Source: Polyangiaceae bacterium (GTDB lineage Bacteria > Myxococcota_A > Polyangia > Polyangiales > Polyangiaceae). From it: 64,000 bases of DNA. Positions 48,053-58,914 of this stretch are shown in pieces; the stretch's first letter is position 1, and every line of letters begins with the position of its first letter. The notes under the pieces are model-generated. The model saw only the letters and a program-made list of their open reading frames with translations. It did no database searches and had not been told where the DNA came from. The stretch is taken from positions 13,840 through 77,839 of the forward strand of contig JBNKBE010000027.1 in assembly GCA_050287085.1 (NCBI GenBank). The letters are read 5' to 3'. A program made the position numbers and the translations under genes.

Positions 48053-49426
48053 TCAGGGGGTGGCGCCTTGAGCCACAGCTGCGGTGTGAAACATCGGCTT
48101 GCCGCGGTCCAGCAGCTGGGCCGGGTCGTTGCCGATGGCCAACAGTATCGCTTGGGCCAGCGAGCGCCCGCTCTGCGCTAGCTCCTCGAGCGGCTCCAGA
48201 AAGCAGGTCTCGTCTTCGCCGGCGTTGTTTAGACGGCTGCGCCGCTCGAGGCCGCCTCTTGCGAAAGACAGCAATTGTTGCACTACAGCTCCGACCGGAG
48301 ACCCATGCCAGCTTGCGTCAAGCCCGTGCCTCGCTACCGAATGCTGCAGCTGAACGGCTTCCGGCACGGTCAGCTCGGCCACCAGCTCCCAGGCCGCATC
48401 GAGGGCGATCGGGTCGTAGGCCAGGCCGACGAGTAAGGCTGGAATTCCGAGCGAAAATGGCGCTGGCATCGCGTCAAAGCCGCGAACTTCCAAGGTGGTT
48501 TTCAGGCGTACCTCGGGAAACAACGAACCCAAGTGGATGCGCCAATCGGCGTCCGTGGCGCGCTGTCCATCGAATCCGTGGAGCAGAAAATCGCGGAACG
48601 TTTGCCCGGCATTGACCACGTTGCCCGAGGGGCGCCGCAACATGAACATGCCGGCGTCGAGCGCCCACTGAACGTAGTCCGAATAGCGTGGCTTCTCCAG
48701 ATCCCAAAGCGGCGCGAGCAGCCCACTGCGGGCTGGATCCATGTGTTGCCATACATCCAGGCGTTCGCTCAGCAGGGGGCTCTGCCGGCCTTCGATGAAG
48801 GGGGCGTTCACGAGCAGTGCCTGCAGGAAGGGCGTAACCTTGAGCAGCACCATGAGCTTGCGCATGGCGTCAGCTTCACTCTCGTAGTCTAGATTGACCT
48901 GCACGGTCGCCGTTCGCTGCATCATGTCGAGCGCGCGAGCTCCCCGCGTGGGCAGATACTTTCGCATCACGCCGTACCGCTCTTTGGGAACCCAGGGCAG
49001 CTGTTCGAGGCGAGCAAAGGGATGAAAGCCCGTGTGTAGCCAGTTCAATCCAAGTGGACGTCCAAGCGCCTCCAATTCATCCAGGTGCTCGTGGTACTCG
49101 GCGGCCACCTGATGTACGTCTGGCAAGGGCGAACCGGACAGTTCGACCTGTGCCCCCGGCTCGAGCGTGACATTTTGCTGTCCGCGCGTGAGGTAGATCA
49201 CTGGCCCATCGGGTACTTCGCTGCCGGGTGTGAAGCCGCGGGCCATCAGCCCCTCAAACAGGGTCTGAACGCTGCGCTCACCCGAGTAGGCGAGAGGTGA
49301 GCCGTCCGCGAACACACCGAACTTTTCCGACTCCATGCCCACAAGCCACGTAGAGCGTGGGCGTTCAGCGGCGCGGAAGACCTCGGTCAGCGCGTCGATG
49401 TCAGACGATAGTTGGGGCGCGTTCAT
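48053..49426 (-). CDS. gshA: Glutamate--cysteine ligase (plant/alphaproteobacterial GCS2 type)
   Basis: VGMESEKF, TLEPGAQVELSG, WVPKERY, DMMQRTATVQVNLD, FPEVRLK..LEVRG. Confidence 0.92.
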   Translation of the reverse strand: MNAPQLSSDIDALTEVFRAAERPRSTWLVGMESEKFGVFADGSPLAYSGERSVQTLFEGLMARGFTPGSEVPDGPVIYLTRGQQNVTLEPGAQVELSGSPLPDVHQVAAEYHEHLDELEALGRPLGLNWLHTGFHPFARLEQLPWVPKERYGVMRKYLPTRGARALDMMQRTATVQVNLDYESEADAMRKLMVLLKVTPFLQALLVNAPFIEGRQSPLLSERLDVWQHMDPARSGLLAPLWDLEKPRYSDYVQWALDAGMFMLRRPSGNVVNAGQTFRDFLLHGFDGQRATDADWRIHLGSLFPEVRLKTTLEVRGFDAMPAPFSLGIPALLVGLAYDPIALDAAWELVAELTVPEAVQLQHSVARHGLDASWHGSPVGAVVQQLLSFARGGLERRSRLNNAGEDETCFLEPLEELAQSGRSLAQAILLAIGNDPAQLLDRGKPMFHTAAVAQGATP

Positions 49427-49659
49427 GACAATGCTTGGGTCTCGACCAGAAGAGCTGCGATCTAGGGCGAGGGCCGCCGCGCCGCAAGCGGCGTGTCCTG
49501 CTTACGACACGCAGCCGCGGTAGGTTGCTCTACCGCGCTGCTTTGCGAGCCCGGGCCGGCCGATGGGCGGTCCGTCGTGCGTGTGCCGCCGGGCGCGCGC
49601 CGCGCCGCGCCCCCCTTTCCGCTTCCGTCGAGTGCCTGTAGAGCAACCAGTGCGCCGCC

Positions 49660-50388
49660 ATGCCGGATTTCCCCGCAATCTATCAAGACGAACACCTCGT
49701 CGTGCTCAACAAGCCGTCTGGGTTGCTCGTCCATCGGGGATGGGCGCAGGATACCGTAACGGCGCTCAGCGTGGCTCGTTCGCTGGCAGGGCGATATGTC
49801 TTTCCCGTGCACCGTCTGGATCGCAGCGCTAGCGGCGTTTTGCTGTTTACCACCTCCGGCGACTTGGCGCGGCGGATGCAGGAAGCCCTCCAAGCCGGCC
49901 AATGGCGCAAGCACTACATCGCTTTGGTGCGGGGCATCGTATCTGAGCGGGGAGTGATCGACTATCCGCTGGCCAAAGAGCGCGGGGCTGAGCGTCGTCC
50001 AGCGCTATCTCGCTTTGCCCGGCTCGGTACCTTCGAACGTTATTCACTGGTTCTCGTTGAGCCGCTCACCGGTCGACTACATCAGATCCGCAAGCATTTC
50101 CGCCACGAAAGCCACCCGCTGATCGGCGATGTTCGCTACGGCAAGGCGGAGCACAACCGCTTGTTCCGTGCTCGTTTTGGGCTGCATCGCTTGTGCCTGC
50201 ACGCAAGCACCCTCGAGGTGCTGCACCCGGTTTCCCATGAGGCTTTGAGGCTGAAGGCGCCGCTGCCCAATGACCTCTCGGCCCCGTTTGCCGCATTGGG
50301 CCTGGAGGAAGCGGCGGAGCGAGATGACGCTACGCTGCCGGATTGGCCTGCGCACCGTTCGTGTGCGTCCGAGGCGCCCGCGTCCTAG
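49660..50388 (+). CDS. RluA/TruC-family pseudouridine synthase
   Basis: LNKPSGLLVH, VHRLDRSASG, TGRLHQIRKH, HPLIGDVRYG, LCLHA. Confidence 0.94.
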   Translation: MPDFPAIYQDEHLVVLNKPSGLLVHRGWAQDTVTALSVARSLAGRYVFPVHRLDRSASGVLLFTTSGDLARRMQEALQAGQWRKHYIALVRGIVSERGVIDYPLAKERGAERRPALSRFARLGTFERYSLVLVEPLTGRLHQIRKHFRHESHPLIGDVRYGKAEHNRLFRARFGLHRLCLHASTLEVLHPVSHEALRLKAPLPNDLSAPFAALGLEEAAERDDATLPDWPAHRSCASEAPAS

Positions 50389-50796
50389 CTCGCACCCGGC
50401 GAAACCGCTGAGACGGACCCAGGCGCGACGGCCCGCTGGTGCCTTCACCCCGGTCCCGGCGCGGCGGGACTTGTGTGCTGTGTTGCGCGGAGCCGCGCCC
50501 GCCAGATTTTCGGTAAACGGTGAAGATGGCCGCCGCGCGGCGGTCTCGACCGGCTCGCGACTGACTTTCCCATCCGCGGGCCCTGAGCACTCCGCCGGGC
50601 CGTGCAGCAAATCCGCTGTCCCCGCTGCCGTGCGCAGATCTCAGCAAGGCAACGCTGCAAGCGGCGCCCCGAAGCCGACCCCTCCCACCGGCCGAAACCG
50701 AAACGGCGGGGAGCGAGCAAGGCTCCCTGCTTCTCCGAGCAGGACTGGGGGGCGGGGGCTCGCATTGGATTGGTGGAGGCGCTATGGTGCGCTGTC

Positions 50797-51591
50797 ATGC
50801 GTGCGTATCTAGACCTCCTCGACAAGCTGCTGAGCGAAGGAAATCGAAAGGAGGACCGTACCGGTACCGGAACGCTAAGCCTGTTTGGCCACCAAATGCG
50901 TTTCGATCTCGGAGCTGGTTTCCCATGCTTGACGACGAAGAAGCTCCATTTGCGCTCGATCATCATCGAGCTGTTGTGGTTTTTGCGCGGTGATACCAAC
51001 GTCAAGTATCTGCAGGACAACGGGGTGACCATCTGGAACGAGTGGGCGGATCCGCAGGGTGACTTGGGGCCCGTGTACGGGCATCAGTGGCGTTCATGGC
51101 CTACGCCAAACGGAGGCAGTGTCGACCAGATTGCGGAGCTGGTAAGCGGTCTCAAGAACGCTCCTGATTCTCGTCGTCATATCGTTAGTGCGTGGAATGT
51201 CGCTGACGTCGGCAAGATGGCACTTCCGCCCTGCCACTGCTTGTTCCAGTTCTACGTCGCGGGGGGCAAATTGAGTTGTCAGCTCTATCAGCGGAGTGCT
51301 GACGTGTTCCTAGGCGTACCGTTTAACATCGCGTCCTACGCCCTGCTCACTCACATGATCGCTCAGGTGACCGAGCTGGAGCCAGGGGACTTCGTTCACA
51401 CGTTTGGGGACGTACATCTGTATCTCAATCATATCGAGCAAGCCAAGCTGCAGCTCACCCGCGAACCAAAGTCGTTGCCGCGCCTGGTTCTCGACCCTGA
51501 CGTGAGGCGGGTGGAGGACTTCGTTTACGATAGCTTTCGGCTCGAAGGCTACGACCCGCATCCAGGGATCAAAGCACCGGTCGCAGTATGA
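50797..51591 (+). CDS. thyA: Thymidylate synthase
   Basis: [48 protein letters not shown] 50797 gives 264 aa. Confidence 0.99.
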   Translation: MRAYLDLLDKLLSEGNRKEDRTGTGTLSLFGHQMRFDLGAGFPCLTTKKLHLRSIIIELLWFLRGDTNVKYLQDNGVTIWNEWADPQGDLGPVYGHQWRSWPTPNGGSVDQIAELVSGLKNAPDSRRHIVSAWNVADVGKMALPPCHCLFQFYVAGGKLSCQLYQRSADVFLGVPFNIASYALLTHMIAQVTELEPGDFVHTFGDVHLYLNHIEQAKLQLTREPKSLPRLVLDPDVRRVEDFVYDSFRLEGYDPHPGIKAPVAV

Positions 51592-51621
51592 CCGGTCGCA
51601 GTATGAGCGGTCGCGGTATGA
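51576..51621. repeat. 15-bp triplication of the thyA-stop/folA-start junction
   Basis: ACCGGTCGCAGTATG x2 plus AGCGGTCGCGGTATG, each followed by A (ATGA). Confidence 0.92.
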
Positions 51622-52127
51622 TCGTTAGCTTGATTGCGGCCGTCGCGGAGAATGGCGTCATTGGCAGTCAGGGGGACTTGCCCTGGCGAATTCGAGACGA
51701 CATGCGGTTCTTCATGCGCACCACGCGTGACCATTGGGTGGTGACGGGACGTCGCAACTTCGAGGCGATGGGACTCCTCAAGCATCGCACTCACGTCGTG
51801 GTGTCTCGCAACGCCGACTACGAGGCAGTCGGCGCCCATCTTGTGTCAGACGTGGCTTCGGGGTTGCGTTTGGCTGCCGAGGCCGGTGAAACCGAAGCCT
51901 TCGTGATCGGCGGGGCCCAGATCTACGCCTTGGCGTTTCCCTACGCCCACCGCTTCTATCGCACCGTCGTTCACGGGCGACCTTCGGGCGACGTCTTCTT
52001 TCCGTCGCTGAACGTAGGGGACTGGAGCCGCGAGATCCTTCTCGAGTGCCCTGCCGGCGAAGACAACGACTTCGCGTGCACAGCGGAGCTGCTGCGTCGT
52101 CCTACGGAACCAGAGTCCTTTCTGTAG
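51588..52127 (+). CDS. folA: Dihydrofolate reductase (alternative starts 51603, 51618)
   Basis: [45 protein letters not shown]; follows thyA. Confidence 0.96.
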   Translation: MTGRSMSGRGMIVSLIAAVAENGVIGSQGDLPWRIRDDMRFFMRTTRDHWVVTGRRNFEAMGLLKHRTHVVVSRNADYEAVGAHLVSDVASGLRLAAEAGETEAFVIGGAQIYALAFPYAHRFYRTVVHGRPSGDVFFPSLNVGDWSREILLECPAGEDNDFACTAELLRRPTEPESFL

Positions 52128-52151
52128 CACCCACTGGCCGCGAGGGCGGTG

Positions 52152-54029
52152 CTACCAGCTCACGGCATATACGGTCAGCCGCGCCGAGCCCGGATAGGCG
52201 GACTCTTGGCGGACGTTGATCTGCCGAACCGGGTAGCCATCGTCGAAGCCACCCCAGCAGGTGAAGACTTCATCCAGAATCAGCAGATCCCCGCTGGAGT
52301 AGGTATAGTATGCGCAGCCGCTTTCGCCGTCTTCCAGGCTCACGGTCAGATCGCCAACGCCGGCCGAATCATATTCGATCAGTAGTGAGCTAGACGGAAC
52401 GCTTTGCGCACTATCCAGTGCGAACGTGATGGCGCCGAGTTGTTGCTCGTAGCCTAGTCCAGAGACGTCAAACGTGAAGCTGGCCGACGCGAGGTCCGCG
52501 CTCATTTCGATATCGTCGATTAGGTCGCTCCGAACGCGCCAGGTCGGTTGCGACTGTGCGGCGACGACCCCGACGCTGCTGCAGCAGTCTATGCCGCATT
52601 CCAGTAGTGCGCACACACTGCAGTCGGCCTCGACTGGCTCTCCGCTCGCATCACAGGTCATGGCGGTGCCGTCCGAGCAAGACCCGGTCGGCTGACAGCC
52701 ACTCACCGGGGTATCGTCGGGCGTGTCGCCAGGAGTCGTAGTGCCATCCGTGCGCGGTGCGCCAAGCAACTCGAGCACCAGCGGGGCATGGCCATTGAGC
52801 TCCGAAGCCGTCCAACCGCCGCCAGTATCCACCTTCCTGTTCTTGAAGAAGCACGTCGAGTCGGTGCAACCGTCGAGCTTCCAGGTAGCCCAGCTTATTT
52901 GGTATTGATTGAGGAAGCTGTGCCACGCGCGCGCTTCAGCTTCGCAAACAACGCCGTCTGTTCCTCCGTCGGCGTCCGCGGCTCCCCACTCGGTCACAAA
53001 CAGCGGTAGACCGTTGTCCAAAGCGGTTTGGGCCTTATCCATCAGGGCCGCGCCGTGTGAGCAAGTGTAGAAGTGCAAGGTGTACATGATGTTCTTGCCA
53101 CTCAGAGGTGCGCTAGACGCTACGTCTACGTCCTGTGACCAGTTGGGGGTTCCAGCGATGATCACGTTGTCTGGATCGTTGTCGCGGATCACGTCGCGCA
53201 CGGCTTCGTGGTAGGGCTTCAGTACACTCGACCAAGAGACGTCTAGGGGCTCGTTGTATATTTCGTAGAGGACGTTGGGGGTCTTTCCGTAGGCCTTTGC
53301 CATCTTCTCGAAGAATGTGAGGGCCAGGTCCTTGTGCATCTCTGCCTCGTGATCGTGCCAGTCGATGATCACATACACCCCAAGCTCGATGGCGTTGTCC
53401 ACCACGGTGCGAAGCTTGGCTTCGTTTGCTTCAGCGTTCTCGAGATAGGCTCCGTCCGCGTCGATACCCATAGCAGCGCGGACTACCTGAACACCCCACT
53501 CGTCGCGCATGAAGCGAAGGCCGTCCAGATCGGTGGCGTATCCTGTTGGATCCCAGTTGAGCCACATTGTGCTGACGCCTCGCAGTTGGACGGTCTGGTC
53601 GTTTTCGTCCACCAGATTCGTGCCAGCGACCCGAAGGTGACCGTGTTTGGCCACCGGGCTCCCGGAGGGCGCGTCCACGTTGGGCGCGGAGTTGTCTCCC
53701 TTGGCGGGGCCGTCGTCGGGGCTGTCGCCACTGGAGTCGTTGCGCGTGCCAGCATCCGCATCGTTGTTGTCCGGTGAGCCATCGACCGCACCGGCGTCGT
53801 TCGAGGTCTTGTCAGACGAGCGCCCTTTGTCTTTCGACGAGGTTGGATTGTCACCGTTCGCATCCACACAGAGATGCGAGAGGCATTCCAGCGATCCGTT
53901 GCAGGTGTCGTTGGCGTAGCAGTCGCAGCCCTCGTCCCCGGTTGGGCAAGACGCGGGTGTACTCCCGCAGCCGAGGAGTAGAGGGCCAACGGCCAAGGGA
54001 CGGATGAACGACCGAAGCAGAGAAGCCAT
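52152..54029 (-). CDS. GH5 endoglucanase (cellulase) lipoprotein, multimodular
   Basis: LLLG-C lipobox; VAKHGHLRV, VIIDWH, YEIYNEP (acid/base), YTLHFY, FVTEWG (nucleophile), ISWATW. Confidence 0.94.
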   Translation of the reverse strand: MASLLRSFIRPLAVGPLLLGCGSTPASCPTGDEGCDCYANDTCNGSLECLSHLCVDANGDNPTSSKDKGRSSDKTSNDAGAVDGSPDNNDADAGTRNDSSGDSPDDGPAKGDNSAPNVDAPSGSPVAKHGHLRVAGTNLVDENDQTVQLRGVSTMWLNWDPTGYATDLDGLRFMRDEWGVQVVRAAMGIDADGAYLENAEANEAKLRTVVDNAIELGVYVIIDWHDHEAEMHKDLALTFFEKMAKAYGKTPNVLYEIYNEPLDVSWSSVLKPYHEAVRDVIRDNDPDNVIIAGTPNWSQDVDVASSAPLSGKNIMYTLHFYTCSHGAALMDKAQTALDNGLPLFVTEWGAADADGGTDGVVCEAEARAWHSFLNQYQISWATWKLDGCTDSTCFFKNRKVDTGGGWTASELNGHAPLVLELLGAPRTDGTTTPGDTPDDTPVSGCQPTGSCSDGTAMTCDASGEPVEADCSVCALLECGIDCCSSVGVVAAQSQPTWRVRSDLIDDIEMSADLASASFTFDVSGLGYEQQLGAITFALDSAQSVPSSSLLIEYDSAGVGDLTVSLEDGESGCAYYTYSSGDLLILDEVFTCWGGFDDGYPVRQINVRQESAYPGSARLTVYAVSW

Positions 54030-54265
54030 GGCCCCAGTATAGCTGTCCCGTTGCGGGGGCCGCGCCCGAATGGTTGGGATTGTCCGTGGAACTTTCCTAA
54101 TCGGGACGCAATCCAACCCGATGACCGAAAGCGAGACTGTCTCACCATGAGCAGTCGCGCTTTCGCGGCGTTGCAGTCAGAGGACTGTCGGAGTCTGGGC
54201 GAGCGTATCGCACCTTCACCCGCACGACTACATGCGAAGCCTGGGCCCAGATGCGAAGCTTGGGC

Positions 54266-57019
54266 CTAGGCGTGACGGAAGGTGCGATCCCAGAGCCGAA
54301 CTCGTCGCAGTAGTAAGTCCAGGAAGAAGAGGAGGAGGGCTGCTCCGAGGCAATACTGCCATAGCGGCGTACGTGAGAGTAGACGGCGTTCGTCGGGCTG
54401 TCGGAGAGCGCTTGGGGATGGGTCAAGTTGTCCGCCGCCCGCGCTGGCAGCCTCCTTCAGCCGCGTCAGGTCGGGCGTCACGCGGGCGTATTCCAGGGGG
54501 TAGGGCACGGAGACCTGCCCCGTGCTTGTTGCTTCTGGCATTTCCGAGCCGTCATCGAGCAGGCGTTGATGCTGAGCGCGCAAGGTGAAAGAGCCATAGC
54601 CCGGAAGTAAGAACTCTGCTTGATAGCGACCAGGCGCCACCTGAGGCATGGGAATGACTTCGTTTGGGTTGTCGCCGAGGGTCAGCCTCGAGACGAGGGT
54701 CTTGTCGAAGTCTTCCTGCTCAGTATAGGCGTCCACCCAAGCGCGAACGCGTTGGCCGAGCACCTCGGTATGCATTGTCAGAACCCGTTTTTGGTCGGAC
54801 TGCATGTGCTCGCGTAACAGCTGGCCAAGCAGGTGCCCGAAACCTGGCCAGCGCAGCCAGTCGACAGCCCAATGGCTCTTGAGATCGCTGGTCCAGGCGA
54901 TTACGTGACCCATCCCAACGCGCCAACGCGCTAGCAAGGGCTCGCCGGACTCCGTAGCCAACACCTGCTCGGCGGGCGCGCCCTTCATCTGAGTGCTGAC
55001 ATACCCTCGTAGCAGGGGTGCGCTGGCGATCGCGACACCCTTCATGAAGCGCGCGTTGGCAGTCTGTACGGCGGGGAACCAGTCCTGCACCGTGGGCTGT
55101 CGCGAGATCAGCTCCGTTTCGTGGGTGAAGAGCCGTGGCAGATTGTTTGGATCGCTCACCTGGTGAAAGCGCCCACCACCCGTTTCCGCGATCATGCGCA
55201 ACAGGTAACCGTCGACTCCGGGGCCAAGTCCCACCGTCGTGACCGTGATCGAGTCAGCGATCATGGCCTGGACGAGTTCTTCAATACCGCCGTGGCTCGC
55301 TTGGCCGTCGGTAAGGAGGATGACGTGTTTTCTTCTTGCTCGGGCGGTGGCTATGTCTTGGTAGGCTGCATCGAGTGCCGGAAATATTGAAGTACCGCCA
55401 CCAGGGCGAATGCGTAGAATGTCGTCCTCAATTCGGCTTCGGTAGCGTGCCGGTTGTAGGCTAACATAACGACTGGGCGTGTCGTCAAAGGCGACGACCT
55501 CCACTAGATCCGTTGGCTTGAGCGTTGCTACCGTCGCAGCACAAGCCGTCTTCGCCATTTCTAGCGCCAAGCCCTCCATCGAACCGGAGCGGTCGATCAC
55601 CAGCGCCATGGCGACACTTGGCATCTCCTGGTGCTTCTCCGCATCCACGCTCACGGGTAACAAGCGCTCCAGGGTTGTACCGTCCCAGCCGCCCGGGCCG
55701 TAGCTCTTGGTTCCGCCGGCAACCAGGAGGCCGCCGCCGTGCTCGCTAACATAGCGTTCGAGCAGCTGCTGCGCTGTCGCGTCGAAGTCACGAGCAGGCA
55801 TATCGCTCAAGATCACGAATGCGTAGGGTTCGAGCTCGCGCAGCGTTGTGGGAAAGGCGGATGGGGCGCGGATGTCCACGTCGAATTGTTGCGCGCGCAG
55901 GGCGCCTGCAACGTAGCTCATCCGCGACGGCTCTGGATCGACGACGAGGACGAGCGGACGCGAGGGGACGTCTAGCTTTCGTTCGAATCTATTGTTCGCC
56001 AGGAAGTGATCGGCGCTTAGAGCTTCGAGCTCCAACTTGTACGTCAGCTCGCCACCGACTCGCACAACGGAGTCGAAAGTAACTTCGTTTTCGCCGGCGT
56101 GCAGCTCTAGCTCGCGCACGCCACCCAGACCGTTGAGCGCGTCATCTTGGTAGAGCCGTGCCCGGACGTGGGCGTCGCGGGTCGCGTAGAGGTGGCCCCG
56201 TACCCGAAATGTCTGTCCGATCTCGACGCGGCTTGGCATGTCAAGGGCCGTGACAGCCACCTCAGCGGGTGCTGCGGCAACGTAGGGTACGACATGCACC
56301 ACGGCGCCTCCCGCGTGTACACGAAAGGACTCGGTTACGTAGTTGCCCTCGGTTTCAACGCCGTCGGAGAACAATACTATCCGGCGATAGTAGTCGTTCG
56401 GAAGTAGCGCGTACGCATAGCGCAATGCAGCTTCGATCGCGGTCGCGCTGCCGGCGCCGGCTCCCTGGTTTGCGGCGGGGGGATCGCTTGGTTCCGGGGG
56501 GGCTGGAAGGAGGTCATCGACGGAGGGGACCTGACCGCTTTTTGATGCGATAAGGTGCGGTTCCCGAGCGAAGGCTACGATGCGGACGTGGTCGTCGGCT
56601 GCATTTTGCTTCAGCGCTGCGGCCACGAAGGCACGAGCTCGTTCTATGCTTTCCGGAGCCACGGAGTCACTGACGTCGAATACAAAGGCGGTGGCAAAGC
56701 GACTGACGGTGTGGGTGAGGGCGGGGCGTGCTAGCGCTAGGCTGAGGACGGCTAGAAATGCAGCGCGGGCGAATGTTCCGAGCCAGCGTTGGGCTCGCGG
56801 CAGGTCGGCCAGCGACGTGCGCGTGCCCCAAATCAAGGTCGGGAGCACCAACAAGAGACCGAGCGCGTGCGGGGCGAGGAGTTGAATGCGGTGCCCACGA
56901 AGTGCAAAAGAGAGAGGCTCGGAGCTCGCGTGAAGATCTCGGGTCGACCAAGCGATCAGCGCAGTGGCCGCGGCCCACAACCCGAACGTTCCTAGCCAGC
57001 GACCAAGCGTGCGCTTCAC
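54266..57019 (-). CDS. Membrane-anchored double vWA protein with Ig-like and class-I GATase-like (DUF1355-type) domains
   Basis: N-terminal TMs; DVSDS and DRSGS MIDAS motifs; GGGLLVAGG..SYGPGGW..LERLLPV; C-terminal TM; GTG 57019 overlaps the upstream stop. Confidence 0.88.
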   Translation of the reverse strand: MKRTLGRWLGTFGLWAAATALIAWSTRDLHASSEPLSFALRGHRIQLLAPHALGLLLVLPTLIWGTRTSLADLPRAQRWLGTFARAAFLAVLSLALARPALTHTVSRFATAFVFDVSDSVAPESIERARAFVAAALKQNAADDHVRIVAFAREPHLIASKSGQVPSVDDLLPAPPEPSDPPAANQGAGAGSATAIEAALRYAYALLPNDYYRRIVLFSDGVETEGNYVTESFRVHAGGAVVHVVPYVAAAPAEVAVTALDMPSRVEIGQTFRVRGHLYATRDAHVRARLYQDDALNGLGGVRELELHAGENEVTFDSVVRVGGELTYKLELEALSADHFLANNRFERKLDVPSRPLVLVVDPEPSRMSYVAGALRAQQFDVDIRAPSAFPTTLRELEPYAFVILSDMPARDFDATAQQLLERYVSEHGGGLLVAGGTKSYGPGGWDGTTLERLLPVSVDAEKHQEMPSVAMALVIDRSGSMEGLALEMAKTACAATVATLKPTDLVEVVAFDDTPSRYVSLQPARYRSRIEDDILRIRPGGGTSIFPALDAAYQDIATARARRKHVILLTDGQASHGGIEELVQAMIADSITVTTVGLGPGVDGYLLRMIAETGGGRFHQVSDPNNLPRLFTHETELISRQPTVQDWFPAVQTANARFMKGVAIASAPLLRGYVSTQMKGAPAEQVLATESGEPLLARWRVGMGHVIAWTSDLKSHWAVDWLRWPGFGHLLGQLLREHMQSDQKRVLTMHTEVLGQRVRAWVDAYTEQEDFDKTLVSRLTLGDNPNEVIPMPQVAPGRYQAEFLLPGYGSFTLRAQHQRLLDDGSEMPEATSTGQVSVPYPLEYARVTPDLTRLKEAASAGGGQLDPSPSALRQPDERRLLSRTPLWQYCLGAALLLFFLDLLLRRVRLWDRTFRHA

Positions 57020-58914
57020 AGCGTGAGCCTCCGATGAAACGACTGCCACTCCAGGATGGAGAGTGCCAGGGCGCTCAATACCAGCCACATCCAGAGGCTG
57101 TAGCGCTCTCGTGGGGGCGTGGGCTCGGGCGCTGTCAGTCGCCGCGCAGGGACGGGCAAGGCGTCGGGAATCGTCAGATCGCTTTCAGCGGAAGCTCCGA
57201 GATTGGCCGCAAACGAGAATTGTTCCGGAAGGTCTGCGTCGCCGACATGGAAGATGCCCTGTTCTTCGCCGAAATGCTGGACCTGGCCCCCCGCAGCCGG
57301 GACGCTCAGCCTCGATCCATCGGGCCGTGTCAGCACTGGGTGGAGCACGTCTTTGGGAATCGGGATGTGCCATGTGCGTCCTGTTTGGTAGCTCGCCACA
57401 TAGTCGTCCGTCTGGGCGGAGAAAGCGTTGATCGTGTTGAGCAGGAAGAGCGGCCATCCTATGCGCAGGACGAAGTCGCTGTCGCGTGGCGCAAAGCCCA
57501 GCTGGACAAAGCGGCTGCCGTCGCGTGTTCCGCTCACCAGAATCGGGCCGAATTCACTGCGGCCTTCAACTACGTCGCCCGCTTGAGGGAGCAGCGCATG
57601 TCCGGTCGTGACCTGGATGTTTTCCATTGTCATCCACCGCAACAGGGGGCTTTGACGTCGCCAGCTGTCGAAGCCGAAGTCACGGATCTGGCGTCCAAGT
57701 GGGACTGGCGCGCCGTCCTTGGGCGGTGCTAGGTAGATACGCGCTCCGTGTTCTGGGCCAAGCTCCGGAGCAAGCTCATCCAATACCGTCACGAGAAATG
57801 GGCCACCGGGGAGCGGATCGCTTGGTGCGACCTGTGTTACAATCAAGGATTGGTCCAGCAGCAGTGCCGCTTCTAGGTAAGCGTTGCCCTGGGTGATGAG
57901 CAATACTGGAATCTGACGTCGTTCGGGGAGCAGCGCGTACGCCACGTTGTCTTGGGGCAGCAGGTCCTCGCCGGTGGTGGGTCGAATCTCAGCGCGGAGC
58001 TGGCGGCGGGCGCCCCCGAGGTCGGAGAAGAAACGCGGGATGCTCTCACCGGCGCTGAGATGCAGACGGGAAATATCGACCACGTCATCGTCGCCGAACA
58101 GGGCTACTTCGACCTCCGTAGCGGACGCGCCCTGATTGGTGATCTCGAGCAAGACCTCGTAGCGCGCACGATCCAAAGGGTAGCGGCGAACAGAAAACTC
58201 GCGGATTGCAACATTGGGTCCCCCCTGGCCGGTGGCGATCCAGGTGATCGGTGGCGTCGGGCTCTTGGCGGGCGCGAGCTCTGAGGCGGTAGCCGTCTCG
58301 GGCTTGCGGCTTTCCTGCAGGCTGCCGTCGGATAGCAACACTATCCGTGGCGCTGGAGCTCCGCGGAGAACGGACGCGGCGAAGCGCAGGCCGGCGTCCA
58401 GGTTTGCGCTTACGGCCTTCGCACGGAGCGTGTCGAGCGCCTCACCCAACTCGGCGCTGTCCCCAGTGAGCGCGGTGAGGGGCTTCGGTCGAGCTCCGAG
58501 TTCGACGATCATGGCTTGGTCGGTGGGTCCCAGCCCCGATATGAGCGAGCGCGCGTGAGAAATGGCCAGGCCTAGCCGCGTCGGCTTCACATCCTGGGCG
58601 GCCATCGATAGGCTGTTGTCCATCAGTAGCACCCATTGCGTACCCGGGCGTCTGGTTCCGCCCAGGTAGGGATCGCCGAGCGCCAGCACCACCAAACCGG
58701 CGATCACCAATTGTAGCAAGAGCGACAACCAGCGGCGTAGCTGCTGCCAGAGGCGACGGAAGGCTCTCGCCTCGGCCACCCGCTCGAAGTGGCGGATGGA
58801 TGCGACGCGTACAGGGCGTCGCCGCGTGCGGAGCACGTATAGGGCCACGGTGAGCGATAGCGCAACGCCGGCAACGGCGAGCAGCTCGGGGAGGGACAGT
58901 CCGGCGAGCGCCAT
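57016..58914 (-). CDS. BatA-like N-terminal and vWA domain protein with C-terminal TM
   Basis: ALYVLR...LLLQL..LVVLALGDP; DNSLSM; LLSDG; C-terminal LALSILEW. Confidence 0.88.
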   Translation of the reverse strand: MALAGLSLPELLAVAGVALSLTVALYVLRTRRRPVRVASIRHFERVAEARAFRRLWQQLRRWLSLLLQLVIAGLVVLALGDPYLGGTRRPGTQWVLLMDNSLSMAAQDVKPTRLGLAISHARSLISGLGPTDQAMIVELGARPKPLTALTGDSAELGEALDTLRAKAVSANLDAGLRFAASVLRGAPAPRIVLLSDGSLQESRKPETATASELAPAKSPTPPITWIATGQGGPNVAIREFSVRRYPLDRARYEVLLEITNQGASATEVEVALFGDDDVVDISRLHLSAGESIPRFFSDLGGARRQLRAEIRPTTGEDLLPQDNVAYALLPERRQIPVLLITQGNAYLEAALLLDQSLIVTQVAPSDPLPGGPFLVTVLDELAPELGPEHGARIYLAPPKDGAPVPLGRQIRDFGFDSWRRQSPLLRWMTMENIQVTTGHALLPQAGDVVEGRSEFGPILVSGTRDGSRFVQLGFAPRDSDFVLRIGWPLFLLNTINAFSAQTDDYVASYQTGRTWHIPIPKDVLHPVLTRPDGSRLSVPAAGGQVQHFGEEQGIFHVGDADLPEQFSFAANLGASAESDLTIPDALPVPARRLTAPEPTPPRERYSLWMWLVLSALALSILEWQSFHRRLTL

